From contig CAYMOT010000004.1 of the NCBI GenBank assembly GCA_964392315.1, positions 1,981-65,980 on the forward strand: a stretch of DNA of 64,000 bases, in the 5' to 3' direction. Of the stretch, positions 28,615-38,171 are shown one piece after another; position 1 is the stretch's first letter; every line of letters starts with the position of its first letter. Under the pieces are notes generated by a model, which ran no database searches, was not told where the DNA came from, and was given only the letters and a program-made list of their open reading frames with translations. The stretch is from an uncultured Candidatus Saccharibacteria bacterium. Lineage in GTDB: Bacteria > Patescibacteriota > 4484-211 > JAGQKX01. The position numbers and the translations under genes were made by a program.

Positions 28615-29214
28615 ATGTTTGGATTTTCATTAGTATTTGTTGGTCTCATCGTATTAATAGTTCTCTTTTTCTGGTTTACCTATAACAAACTCGTAACTCT
28701 GAAACTTCGTGTGGAGGAAAGTTGGGCACAGATAGATGTACAACTCAAGCGAAGGAGTAGCCTTATTCCAAATTTGGTAGAAACGGTTAAGGGATATGCT
28801 GCACATGAGAAGCAAGTATTCGAAAACGTTACTGAGGCTCGATCACGTCTCATGAGCGCTGAATCTCCTGGCCAGAAAGCAGAAGCCGACAACATGCTGA
28901 CAGGTGCACTGAAGTCACTGTTTGCTGTCGCTGAGGCGTATCCAGAATTGAGAGCATCAGAGAATTTCACCAAACTTCAAGAGGAGCTTTCAGATACAGA
29001 GGATAAGATTGCGTACGCCCGCCAATTTTATAACCAGAATGTTATGGAATATAACGTACGTTTGCGTGTATTTCCCGATGTAGTGGTTGCTAATCTCTTT
29101 GGTTTCAAAGCAGAAGAATTCTTCGAAGCTGCTGAAGGTGAGCGAGCTGATGTGAAAGTGGATTTTGGACAATCGTCAGAGGGAGCCGGTAATGCATCGG
29201 TTAAGCAGGAATAG
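28615..29214 (+). CDS. lemA: LemA family protein.
   Basis: N-terminal TM plus 'YNKLVTLKLRVEESWAQIDVQLKRRSSLIPNLVETVKGYAAHEKQVF', characteristic of LemA. Confidence 0.75.
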   Translation: MFGFSLVFVGLIVLIVLFFWFTYNKLVTLKLRVEESWAQIDVQLKRRSSLIPNLVETVKGYAAHEKQVFENVTEARSRLMSAESPGQKAEADNMLTGALKSLFAVAEAYPELRASENFTKLQEELSDTEDKIAYARQFYNQNVMEYNVRLRVFPDVVVANLFGFKAEEFFEAAEGERADVKVDFGQSSEGAGNASVKQE

Positions 29215-29342
29215 GCTCTTCTCTACCGTTGCAATGTTAGGGTTAAGAAGCCGGTATAAGCAAAGAAAATGGTAGTACGGTATTCGTATTACCATACTCT
29301 GCACCTATACTGGCCTCATGACCCTAACTGTGTTTATATACC

Positions 29343-30218
29343 ATGAACTTGTATACACAAATTAGTGATAATAAAAGGAAAACATGGCTCCTGATGGGAG
29401 GCTTTTTGATATTCGTTACATTAATCGGATATGTGATGGGGGAAGTATGGTATGGTAATTCAGCAGTTGTTTTACCATTACTTGGTTTTTCTCTCATCAC
29501 AAACATTGGAGCATATTTTTATGCAGACAAAGTTGCCCTCTCGTTGTCTGGTGCACATGCAGTGACGAAGGATCAGGAACCTCAGTATTATAATCTTGTA
29601 GAGAATTTGACAATCGCAACAGGATTGCCGATGCCTTCGCTGCATATTATAGAAAGCGACGCTATGAACGCATTTGCAACGGGCAGGGATCCGCAACACG
29701 CTGCTATAGCGGTAACAAGAGGTTTACTTAACAGGCTGGAAAAACGTGAAGTAGAAGGTGTCCTTGCGCATGAGTTGAGCCACATTAAAAATTACGATAT
29801 TCGATTAATGACTATCGTCGTTGTGTTGGTTGGGATTATCGCAATGTTAACACAGTATGCTCTTAGAATCGGAGGTAGTGATAATAGAGAACGACGTGGT
29901 GGAGGGATTATCGCGATAGTGGGTATTGCGCTCATTGTTTTCGCACCAATTATTGCGAATATTATTAAATTCGCAGTCAGTAGACAGCGTGAATACCTAG
30001 CAGACGCGTCCGCGGCATATATAACACGCTATCCTGCCGCTCTTGCTGATGCACTTGCAAAAATCGCACAGGACCCCCGGCAGGTTCCTCACGCGAATTC
30101 TGCAACTGCGCATTTGTACATCAGTGATCCGATAAAGAAAGCCGGATCACGTCTTGAGGGTTTATTTACGACACATCCACCAGTAGAAGAGCGGATTGCC
30201 CGTCTTCGTGCAATGTAA
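29343..30218 (+). CDS. htpX: M48-family zinc metalloprotease (HtpX-like).
   Basis: HEXXH motif 'HELSHIKNYD', four TM helices and a downstream Glu/His ligand region. The LemA plus HtpX-like pairing is common. Confidence 0.7.
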   Translation: MNLYTQISDNKRKTWLLMGGFLIFVTLIGYVMGEVWYGNSAVVLPLLGFSLITNIGAYFYADKVALSLSGAHAVTKDQEPQYYNLVENLTIATGLPMPSLHIIESDAMNAFATGRDPQHAAIAVTRGLLNRLEKREVEGVLAHELSHIKNYDIRLMTIVVVLVGIIAMLTQYALRIGGSDNRERRGGGIIAIVGIALIVFAPIIANIIKFAVSRQREYLADASAAYITRYPAALADALAKIAQDPRQVPHANSATAHLYISDPIKKAGSRLEGLFTTHPPVEERIARLRAM

Positions 30219-30535
30219 TGCCTATGACACATAAAGCTATTGACGAGAAAACAATTAATAATGTTGCGGAACTTGCGCGATTATCTCTCTCTTCCGAAGA
30301 GGTACGCATGTATACCGCCCAGTTTTCGAATATTCTTGAATACATGAATAAGCTTCATGAGGTTGATACAAACGATGTCGTGCCAACTGCGCAAGTTACC
30401 GGGTTACAAAACGTTCTTCGGGAAGACGTTGTCACCGATAGTTTTTCACAGAATATTGTTACCACACTTGCCCCTGAGTCGCGAAATGGTTATGTTGCGG
30501 TACATGCTGTTTTTGCTGAGAACACAGATGAATAA
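30218..30535 (+). CDS. gatC: Asp-tRNA(Asn)/Glu-tRNA(Gln) amidotransferase subunit C.
   Basis: About 100-aa helical protein with GatC signature 'VAELARLSLSSEEV...NVLREDVV'. Overlaps the gatA start by 8 bp (ATGAATAA). Confidence 0.75.
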   Translation: MPMTHKAIDEKTINNVAELARLSLSSEEVRMYTAQFSNILEYMNKLHEVDTNDVVPTAQVTGLQNVLREDVVTDSFSQNIVTTLAPESRNGYVAVHAVFAENTDE

Positions 30536-31997
30536 CTTACTTCGCTTACCTATAAGAACACTACACAAAAAATTACAAGCAGGTGAGATTACCAGCAAAC
30601 AATTGGTTGAGATGTCTTTACGAAATATTAATGACCGGAATGCGACGCTCAATGCATTTTTGACTGTCGAAAAAGAAAAAGCATTAGCTGACGCTGAGAT
30701 AATTGATGCTCGATACAAAAATGGTGAGGATCTTTCATTAGTTGCTGGGATACCATTCTCGGTGAAAGATGCATTTAACGTAGCGGGTATTGAAACACGC
30801 TCGGCATCAAAAATTCTCGAAGGATATCAAGCACCATACACAGCAACCGCCATTCAAAAACTCCTTGATGCAGGTGCAGTTTTTATCGGCAAGAACAACC
30901 AAGATTCATTTGGGTTTGGTGCTTCTACAGAGAACTCTGATTATGGAGTCGTAAAAAATCCCTGGAACATGCAGATGGTTGCTGGTGGCTCAAGTGGTGG
31001 AAGCGCAGCCGCTATTGCTGCAGACATGGGAGTATTTGCAATTGGTGAGGATACAGGTGGCTCTATACGGTTGCCTGCAAATTTTTGTGGTGTGACTGGG
31101 CTCAAAGTTACCTATGGGCGTGTGTCTCGGTATGGTGCCATCGCTTTTTCATCGTCGCTCGACACCATTGGTCCCATTACTCATCATGTTGAAGATGCCG
31201 CAGTTATTCTTGAGATCATTGCGGGGAAAGATGCGTTTGATGCAACAACGTTAGCGCAACCTGTACCTTCATACGTTAACGATCTTGATTTACATATTGA
31301 TAGCATGATCCATAAAAAGATTGGTATACCAAAGGAGATGCTCGATGAAAATGTTCAGAGTGAAATACGAAACGCAATTGAATCAGCCGCGCAAGAACTG
31401 GCTTCGCTCGGGTTTGAAATTAATGAAATCTCCATGCCGTTCTCAGCCTATGGCGTTGCATCGTACTATATAATGGCGCCAAGTGAGGCAAGCTCTAACC
31501 TTGGCAGGTTTGATGGCATACGATATGGGCTCTCAGAACGTGGTGGGGGGGATTTGCTCAGTATTTACAAGTCAACCCGTACCATTGGGTTGAATTCTGA
31601 GGCTAAGCGTCGGGTTATGTTGGGTACGTATGCGCTCTCTTCAGGTTATTATGACGCGTATTTTAAGAAAGCACAGCAAATACGAACGCTCATGAAGCAA
31701 GAGTTTGAGGATGTGTTTGAAAATGTTGACGCGGTGCTTGCGCCGGTTGCGCCGATACTACCCTTTGAGATTGGTGGAAAGTCAGAGGATCCTCTAGCGA
31801 TGTATCTAGTTGACGTTTTTACCATACCGGTTAATATTGCAGGTGTGCCAAGTCTCGCGCTACCAATTGGGATAAGTGCTCAGAATCTGCCAATAGGAAT
31901 GCAGCTTATCGGGCCACAGCTTTCGGAGCATATGCTCCTTCGGCTAGGGTATGCGTACCAGCAAAAGACACAGTGGCATGAAAAGTTGTCTCAGTAG
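30528..31997 (+). CDS. gatA: Asp-tRNA(Asn)/Glu-tRNA(Gln) amidotransferase subunit A (amidase family).
   Basis: Amidase signature 'GGSSGGSAAAIAA', catalytic Ser-cisSer-Lys triad context and 489 aa from ATG 30528. The track ORF start at 30357 lies inside gatC. Confidence 0.85.
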   Translation: MNNLLRLPIRTLHKKLQAGEITSKQLVEMSLRNINDRNATLNAFLTVEKEKALADAEIIDARYKNGEDLSLVAGIPFSVKDAFNVAGIETRSASKILEGYQAPYTATAIQKLLDAGAVFIGKNNQDSFGFGASTENSDYGVVKNPWNMQMVAGGSSGGSAAAIAADMGVFAIGEDTGGSIRLPANFCGVTGLKVTYGRVSRYGAIAFSSSLDTIGPITHHVEDAAVILEIIAGKDAFDATTLAQPVPSYVNDLDLHIDSMIHKKIGIPKEMLDENVQSEIRNAIESAAQELASLGFEINEISMPFSAYGVASYYIMAPSEASSNLGRFDGIRYGLSERGGGDLLSIYKSTRTIGLNSEAKRRVMLGTYALSSGYYDAYFKKAQQIRTLMKQEFEDVFENVDAVLAPVAPILPFEIGGKSEDPLAMYLVDVFTIPVNIAGVPSLALPIGISAQNLPIGMQLIGPQLSEHMLLRLGYAYQQKTQWHEKLSQ

Positions 31998-32008
31998 AAA
32001 AAATATTT

Positions 32009-33298
32009 ATGGAAGTCACTATTTCTACCATTAAAGAGCATGAAGGAGCTTCTGTTACGTTGCGTGGATGGATCTACAATAAGCGCAGTAGTGGCAAAAT
32101 ACACTTCTTACAATTGCGTGATGGAACAGGTTTCATTCAGATCGTGGTTGACGAAGGTACGGTATCTGCCGAAGTATCTGCTCATGCCCGCGGTATAGCT
32201 CTTGAATCGTCTGTCGCTATAACAGGAACAGTAGTACAAGATGCGCGATCGTCGGTGGGCTTTGAAATCCTCGCATCAAATATAGAGATACTACATGAAT
32301 CAATCGAGGAGTATCCCATTGGTAAAAAAGAACACGGGCCAGATTTCTTGTTGTCAAACCGGCATTTATGGCTGAGAAGTCCGAATCAATGGGCAATACA
32401 ACGGATTCGGTATCACGCCTTTATGGCACTTACTACATTTTTCGATTCCCGCGGCTATGTGCGTTTTGATTCACCCATTTTTTCACCGAACGCGTGTGAG
32501 GGAACAACGGAGTTATTTGAAGTGGATTTCTTCGGTACACCGGTCTATCTAAGTCAATCAGGTCAGTTGTATCTAGAAGCTGCTATCGCATCATTAGGAA
32601 AAGTGTATGATTTTGGTCCCGTATTTCGTAATGAAAAGTCAAAGACGCGTCGGCATCTCAATGAATTCTGGATGCTCGATGCAGAAGCTGCGTTTATGCA
32701 GCTAGATGACATGATGCAGTTTCAGGAAGACCTTGTCATGTATGTAATTGAATATATGCTCGCTCATGCACAGCAAGAATTTGCAATTTTAAAACGGGAT
32801 GTATCTTCTTTTACGAGAATTAAGCAGCCATTTGCCCGGATGCACTACGACGAAACAATAAAAAAACTAAATGAATTGGGATCAGATATTGCATGGGGTG
32901 AAGATTTAGGCAATGATGACGAGGATATTTTGTTCAAGGATGGAGACCAACCGGTATTTGTGCACCATTACCCAAGTGCTATTAAAGGTTTTTACTTCAA
33001 GACAGATTCTGATCCGAAGTATTCCCTATCTGTAGACCTATTTGTACCTGAAGGATATGGTGAACTAATCGGTGGTGGCCAACGTATTGATACGTACGAT
33101 ACGCTTTTGGAGAGCATCAAAAAACATAATCTATCAGAAGAGGATTTTGATTGGTATTTGGATTTGCGTAAATTTGGCTCGGTACCGCATAGTGGGTTTG
33201 GAATTGGTTTTGAGCGTTTAGTAGCATGGTTTGCGGGGGTTGAACATGTGCGTGAAGCTATTCCGTTTCCTCGAACATTGAATAGAATAAAGCCATAA
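32009..33298 (+). CDS. aspS: Class IIb aminoacyl-tRNA synthetase: aspartyl-tRNA synthetase of the compact archaeal/AsnRS-like type. Probably a non-discriminating AspRS, given its position between gatA and gatB.
   Basis: N-terminal OB anticodon-binding domain and class II motifs ('FRNEKSKTRRHLNEFWMLDAE' motif 2, 'GFGIGFERLVAWF' motif 3). 429 aa is too short for bacterial-type AspRS. AspRS versus AsnRS cannot be settled by eye. Confidence 0.65.
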   Translation: MEVTISTIKEHEGASVTLRGWIYNKRSSGKIHFLQLRDGTGFIQIVVDEGTVSAEVSAHARGIALESSVAITGTVVQDARSSVGFEILASNIEILHESIEEYPIGKKEHGPDFLLSNRHLWLRSPNQWAIQRIRYHAFMALTTFFDSRGYVRFDSPIFSPNACEGTTELFEVDFFGTPVYLSQSGQLYLEAAIASLGKVYDFGPVFRNEKSKTRRHLNEFWMLDAEAAFMQLDDMMQFQEDLVMYVIEYMLAHAQQEFAILKRDVSSFTRIKQPFARMHYDETIKKLNELGSDIAWGEDLGNDDEDILFKDGDQPVFVHHYPSAIKGFYFKTDSDPKYSLSVDLFVPEGYGELIGGGQRIDTYDTLLESIKKHNLSEEDFDWYLDLRKFGSVPHSGFGIGFERLVAWFAGVEHVREAIPFPRTLNRIKP

Positions 33299-33304
33299 AA
33301 CGAT

Positions 33305-34660
33305 ATGCATTATCTTCCAATCATCGGTTTGGAAATACACGTTCAGCCAAAGACTCATTCAAAGATGTTCTGTGGATGCAGCGCAGATATTTTTGGTGCA
33401 GAGCCAAATACGTATACCTGTCCAGTCTGCTTTGGGCTGCCTGGCGCGTTACCCGTACCGAATAAGCGTGCCGTTGAGGCAACCATACAATTAGGGTTGG
33501 CGGTAGGAGCTGAGATCGCGCAGGAGAGTAAGTTTGACCGCAAAAATTACTTCTATCCAGATCTTCCGAAAGGTTATCAAATCAGCCAATATGATCAACC
33601 AATTGCTACTGGAGGTTTCTTAACAATCACCGATCCCCAGACAGGCGATAAAAATACCATTACCTTTACGCGTGTGCATCTTGAAGAAGACACGGGGAAG
33701 CTCATACACAGTGGAGACGGGTATACACTCATTGATTTTAATAGGAGTGGCATGCCGCTAATTGAGATTGTTACTGACCCGGTTATTCATTCCGCTGCGG
33801 TAATGAAACTATTTCTCAAGCGACTACGGTTAATTCTTCGCTATGCAGGTATATCGGATGCAGATATGGAAAAAGGGACCATGCGGATTGAGCCAAATAT
33901 TTCAGTTGCACAAGTGGAAGAAGAGGTGCCGGATTTACCAATTACCAATGTGAATAGGGATGTTGCGTTACCTTCATACAAAGTTGAGCTCAAGAATATT
34001 AACTCATTTCGATTTGCTGAACGTGCAGTGGAGTTTGAGATTGCACGGCAGATAGAACTTCTTAAAAAGGGAGAAACTCCTGTACAAGAAACACGCGGGT
34101 GGAATGAGGATAAAGGTATAACGGTGAGCCAACGGCGCAAAGAGGAGGCACATGATTACCGGTACTTTCCTGAGCCGGATATCCCACCATTGCACTTTGA
34201 TGATACATATATTCAACGTCTACGTGAACATTTGCCACCGCTTCCTGACACATATGAAAAAGTCTTTTTGGACGTAGGGTTAGAGTTTACGGATATCGAG
34301 ACGATTTTAGAGAAACCGGAATTGCTCGCGTATACACAGGCAATTATTGAGAGAACATCAGGTGAGGAAACAAAACAGTGTGTTATGCATGCAATTAATC
34401 ACCCAGATGTTCTACAAGTACCAGTAGATGCGTTTCTTGAAAAACTGCGCATAGAAGCGGACTCCAAAATAGCAGATATGGATATTTTACGTAATATTGC
34501 ACACTCTATCCTGACACAACATCCCTCAGAAGTAGAACGCTATAAAAACGGAAAAGTTGAACTTTTTGGATTTTTTATGGGTAAAATAATGACAGAAACA
34601 CAAGGTAAAGCAGATGCACAGGCAGCGCGTGAGACACTTCAAAGAATCCTCTCAGAATGA
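33305..34660 (+). CDS. gatB: Asp-tRNA(Asn)/Glu-tRNA(Gln) amidotransferase subunit B.
   Basis: 'YLPIIGLEIHVQ', 'CPVCFGLPGALP' zinc-site region and C-terminal YqeY-like tail. 451 aa. Confidence 0.85.
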   Translation: MHYLPIIGLEIHVQPKTHSKMFCGCSADIFGAEPNTYTCPVCFGLPGALPVPNKRAVEATIQLGLAVGAEIAQESKFDRKNYFYPDLPKGYQISQYDQPIATGGFLTITDPQTGDKNTITFTRVHLEEDTGKLIHSGDGYTLIDFNRSGMPLIEIVTDPVIHSAAVMKLFLKRLRLILRYAGISDADMEKGTMRIEPNISVAQVEEEVPDLPITNVNRDVALPSYKVELKNINSFRFAERAVEFEIARQIELLKKGETPVQETRGWNEDKGITVSQRRKEEAHDYRYFPEPDIPPLHFDDTYIQRLREHLPPLPDTYEKVFLDVGLEFTDIETILEKPELLAYTQAIIERTSGEETKQCVMHAINHPDVLQVPVDAFLEKLRIEADSKIADMDILRNIAHSILTQHPSEVERYKNGKVELFGFFMGKIMTETQGKADAQAARETLQRILSE

Positions 34661-34784
34661 GACGAAACACCTCTTATATCCGGAGCATAGCTTTGGTAGA
34701 GTGAGGGATAATAAACATCAAACATCAATGTGAAGACATCCGATTTTGTGATGCTTTGGTCTTTTGATTTTGATGTTTTTTCTT

Positions 34785-37700
34785 ATGTCCTTCGTTCACC
34801 TCCACGTACACTCCGAATATTCACTGCTTGATGGGCTTTCCAAAGTCAGTGATCTTTTGCAAAAAACAAAAGAGATGGAAATGCCAGCAATAGCTTTAAC
34901 CGACCATGGTGCAATGCATGGAGCGCTTGAGTTTTATGTTAAAGCAAAGAAAGAAGGCATAAAGCCAATTTTAGGGGTTGAAACGTATGTGGCACGCAGA
35001 TCTCGGTTTGACAAGACGTCTACCCATGATACTGATCCATTTCACTTAACCCTCATTGCGAAAGACTACACTGGTTACAAGAACCTGATGAAATTAACAT
35101 CGATTGCACATATCGAAGGATATTATTACAAACCACGCGTGGATAAAGATCTATTGCGCAAATATTCGGAAGGTGTTATTTGCCTGTCTGGTTGCATCGG
35201 TGCAGAGATTCCATCTGCGTTGCGTGAAGGACAAGAAAAAAAGGCACGTGATCTCATTGCGGAGTATCGGGATATTTTCGGGTCTGACCATTTTTTTATT
35301 GAACTCCAAGATCAGGATCTTGATTTTGTAAAGAACGTATACAGTAAACTCGGTGTGATTGCGCGTGAAATGGATATTCCTGTCGCTGCTACCAACGATG
35401 TCCATTATGTACTTCCTGAGGATGCGTATGTGCAAGATGTACTCCTTGCCATCCAAACGAAACAAGAGATTGATGACCCAAATAGGAAACTCTGTTTACT
35501 TGACTCTCCAACCTATTATTTGCGCTCACCACGGGAAATGCAGGAACTTTTTTACGAGTACCCTGACGCGATAGAAAATACATTAAGAATAGCGGAGATG
35601 GTTGATGTAGAGATCCCAATGGATCAGTTCATATTCCCACTTTATCAAACTCCCGGTGGTATCACCGCAGCAGAGTACCTTCGTGAACTAGCATATGAAA
35701 AAGCAAAAGAGAAGTTTGGCTTTGATGTACCTGAAGAAGTTACAGAACGGCTCAATTATGAGCTCGACATCATCATTCAAAAAGGCTACGAAACCTACTT
35801 CCTCATCTTCTACGATATCGCACAGTTTTGTAAGCAGGAAGATATTTTGATACAGGCGCGTGGTTCGGCTGTTGGCTCACTTGTGCTTTTTGTAATAGAC
35901 GTTATCAACATCAACCCAATGGTATATAACCTTCCGTTTGAGCGTTTTCTCAATCCTGAGCGGCCAAGCTCTCCAGATATCGACTTGGATATGGAGGATG
36001 TAAAACGGGGTAGAGTGATTGAGTTCACTAAGGAACGCTTCGGTTCCGATAAGGTCGCACAAATTGTGACATTCGGTCGAATGGAAGAACGCACAGCTGT
36101 GCGGGATGTGGGGCGGGCTATGGGACTTCCATATTCGTTTGTAGATCGTATCGCAAAGCTTATTCCGATGGGATCCCAAGGGCGACATGCAAAAATTGAA
36201 AAGGCGCTAAATTCTGTGGAAGAACTTAAGAATGAATATGAGACAAATCCAGAGGTACGAAAACTAATGGATTATGCAATTCGTTTGCAGGGTACTGCAC
36301 GGCATGCAGGAACACATGCTGCGGGCGTCATTGTGACGGATCGACCTATCGTAGAATACGTGCCACTCATGCTAGATACAAAAAAAGAAGGCATCATGAC
36401 GCAATTTGACATGTATAGTCTTGATAAAAATGCAAGCCCTGATGCACTGGGTCTATTGAAGTTGGACTTTTTGGGGCTCCGCAACCTTTCAATTTTGCAG
36501 GCTGCACGAGTTCTTATCAAAAAGTATCAAGACACTACTATAGATCTTGCACATATTCCGCTTGATGACCCGAAAGTATTTGAACTTTTACAAAATGGGC
36601 ATACAACAGGATTGTTCCAGGTAGAAAGCTCAGGGTTCCGCCAACTTGCACGTGATCTTAAGCCTTCCCATATCGAAGACATAATGGCTATGGTTGCGAT
36701 GTATCGGCCGGGGCCAATGGACCAAATTCCACGTTTTATTGAATGTAAGAGTGATTCATCAAAAATAACGTACCCTCATCCAGATTTGGAACCGGTTCTC
36801 AAGGACACGTATGGAGTATTGGTGTATCAAGAGCAGGCTATGGCGATTCCACAAGTAATGGCTGGATTTTCTTTAGGTCGCGCTGATATTTTAAGACGTG
36901 CAATAGGCAAAAAAAAGCAATCTCTCATGCAAGAAGAAAAGAAAGCATTTGTACAAGGTGCGTTAGAACAAGGATATACCAGAGAAGAAGCTGAAGATGT
37001 GTTTAGCTATATAGAAACATTTGCCAGCTATGGGTTCAACCGCTCACATTCGGCAAGTTATGGCATTATTGTGTATCAAACTGCTTACCTAAAGGTCAAC
37101 TATCCGGTTGAATATATGACCGCATTGTTATCGTGTGAGTCGGGGAATGCGGATAAAGTCGCATTAGTGCTCAAAGAGTGTAGAAGGCTTGGTATTACTG
37201 TGGTCCGTCCTTCGGTGAACGAATCACAGATTGAATTTTCTATTGAAGAGAAGGACGGAGAAAGAGCTATTAGATTTGGCCTTGCCGCTGTGAAGAATGT
37301 TGGTGTTTCTGCGCTAGAATCAATTATCCAAGAACGTAATTCGAATGGGCCATTTGCTAGTTTCTATGACTTTTGTATTCGTATAGACAGCCACAAAATT
37401 AACAAAAAAGTCATAGAGAGTCTAATACGTGTTGGTGCTATGGATGAGTTTGGAAGTCGGCAGGGGATGCTACAAATGATGCCGGAATTTTTGCACGAAG
37501 GTGCCGAGCGTCAGCATCAAAAATCACTGGGGCAGTATGGATTGTTTGAAGCAGAGTTTCAAAATACAACAGCTTCAAAGTCCCTGCCAGCAGTTGCAGA
37601 GTTTTCTAAGAAGGTTCTACTGGACTGGGAGAAAGAGTTATTGGGATTTTATTTGTCAGAGCATCCTCTTGAGCGTGAGCTCGTCACGCTGGATAGGTAT

Positions 37701-38009
37701 ATCTCTCATAAACTATCTGACCTTGATTCCATCGCAATGGGAACGTCTGTTACCGTATCGGGAATTGTTAGCACAATGCGTCGCATAACCACCAAAAAAG
37801 ACAATAAGGAGATGGCATTTATGCAACTAAGTGATTTCACGAGTACTATAGAAGCAATAGTCTTTCCTAAAATATTTCAAAATGGTGTACGAGAGATAAC
37901 AGAAGATCAGATAGTGTTGATACAAGGACGGCTTGATAACAAGGATGAAAAAGAGTTAAAAATTATTGCAGAAAAGATCTTCGTCCCCGAAATTAGACTA
38001 TCAGAATAA
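34785..38009 (+). CDS. dnaE: DNA polymerase III alpha subunit.
   Basis: N-terminal PHP domain 'FVHLHVHSEYSLLDG', polymerase core 'GRPGPMD' region, HhH and OB-fold C-terminus. ATG 34785 preferred over upstream TTG/ATG alternatives at 34764/34773. Confidence 0.85.
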   Translation: MSFVHLHVHSEYSLLDGLSKVSDLLQKTKEMEMPAIALTDHGAMHGALEFYVKAKKEGIKPILGVETYVARRSRFDKTSTHDTDPFHLTLIAKDYTGYKNLMKLTSIAHIEGYYYKPRVDKDLLRKYSEGVICLSGCIGAEIPSALREGQEKKARDLIAEYRDIFGSDHFFIELQDQDLDFVKNVYSKLGVIAREMDIPVAATNDVHYVLPEDAYVQDVLLAIQTKQEIDDPNRKLCLLDSPTYYLRSPREMQELFYEYPDAIENTLRIAEMVDVEIPMDQFIFPLYQTPGGITAAEYLRELAYEKAKEKFGFDVPEEVTERLNYELDIIIQKGYETYFLIFYDIAQFCKQEDILIQARGSAVGSLVLFVIDVININPMVYNLPFERFLNPERPSSPDIDLDMEDVKRGRVIEFTKERFGSDKVAQIVTFGRMEERTAVRDVGRAMGLPYSFVDRIAKLIPMGSQGRHAKIEKALNSVEELKNEYETNPEVRKLMDYAIRLQGTARHAGTHAAGVIVTDRPIVEYVPLMLDTKKEGIMTQFDMYSLDKNASPDALGLLKLDFLGLRNLSILQAARVLIKKYQDTTIDLAHIPLDDPKVFELLQNGHTTGLFQVESSGFRQLARDLKPSHIEDIMAMVAMYRPGPMDQIPRFIECKSDSSKITYPHPDLEPVLKDTYGVLVYQEQAMAIPQVMAGFSLGRADILRRAIGKKKQSLMQEEKKAFVQGALEQGYTREEAEDVFSYIETFASYGFNRSHSASYGIIVYQTAYLKVNYPVEYMTALLSCESGNADKVALVLKECRRLGITVVRPSVNESQIEFSIEEKDGERAIRFGLAAVKNVGVSALESIIQERNSNGPFASFYDFCIRIDSHKINKKVIESLIRVGAMDEFGSRQGMLQMMPEFLHEGAERQHQKSLGQYGLFEAEFQNTTASKSLPAVAEFSKKVLLDWEKELLGFYLSEHPLERELVTLDRYISHKLSDLDSIAMGTSVTVSGIVSTMRRITTKKDNKEMAFMQLSDFTSTIEAIVFPKIFQNGVREITEDQIVLIQGRLDNKDEKELKIIAEKIFVPEIRLSE

Positions 38010-38025
38010 GAAAAACTAAATGTAG

Positions 38026-38055
38026 TTGACAGTCGGGCGGCGAGAGTGCTAATAT
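38026..38055 (+). promoter_or_regulatory. Candidate sigma70-like promoter upstream of the clpC-like gene: -35 TTGACA (38026-38031), 18-bp spacer, -10 TAATAT (38050-38055). It would give a leader of about 115 nt.
   Basis: Consensus -35 hexamer and a good -10 in an AT-rich intergenic region. No experimental support. Confidence 0.3.
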
Positions 38056-38171
38056 CGAGATGAACAGTAATTCAAATGCTATACCTAATAGAAATAGTAA
38101 CAAAATTATAAATATCCAATACTATTCATTAAATGCTTAGAATTATTTATAGTATTTAGATTATTTTCCCT

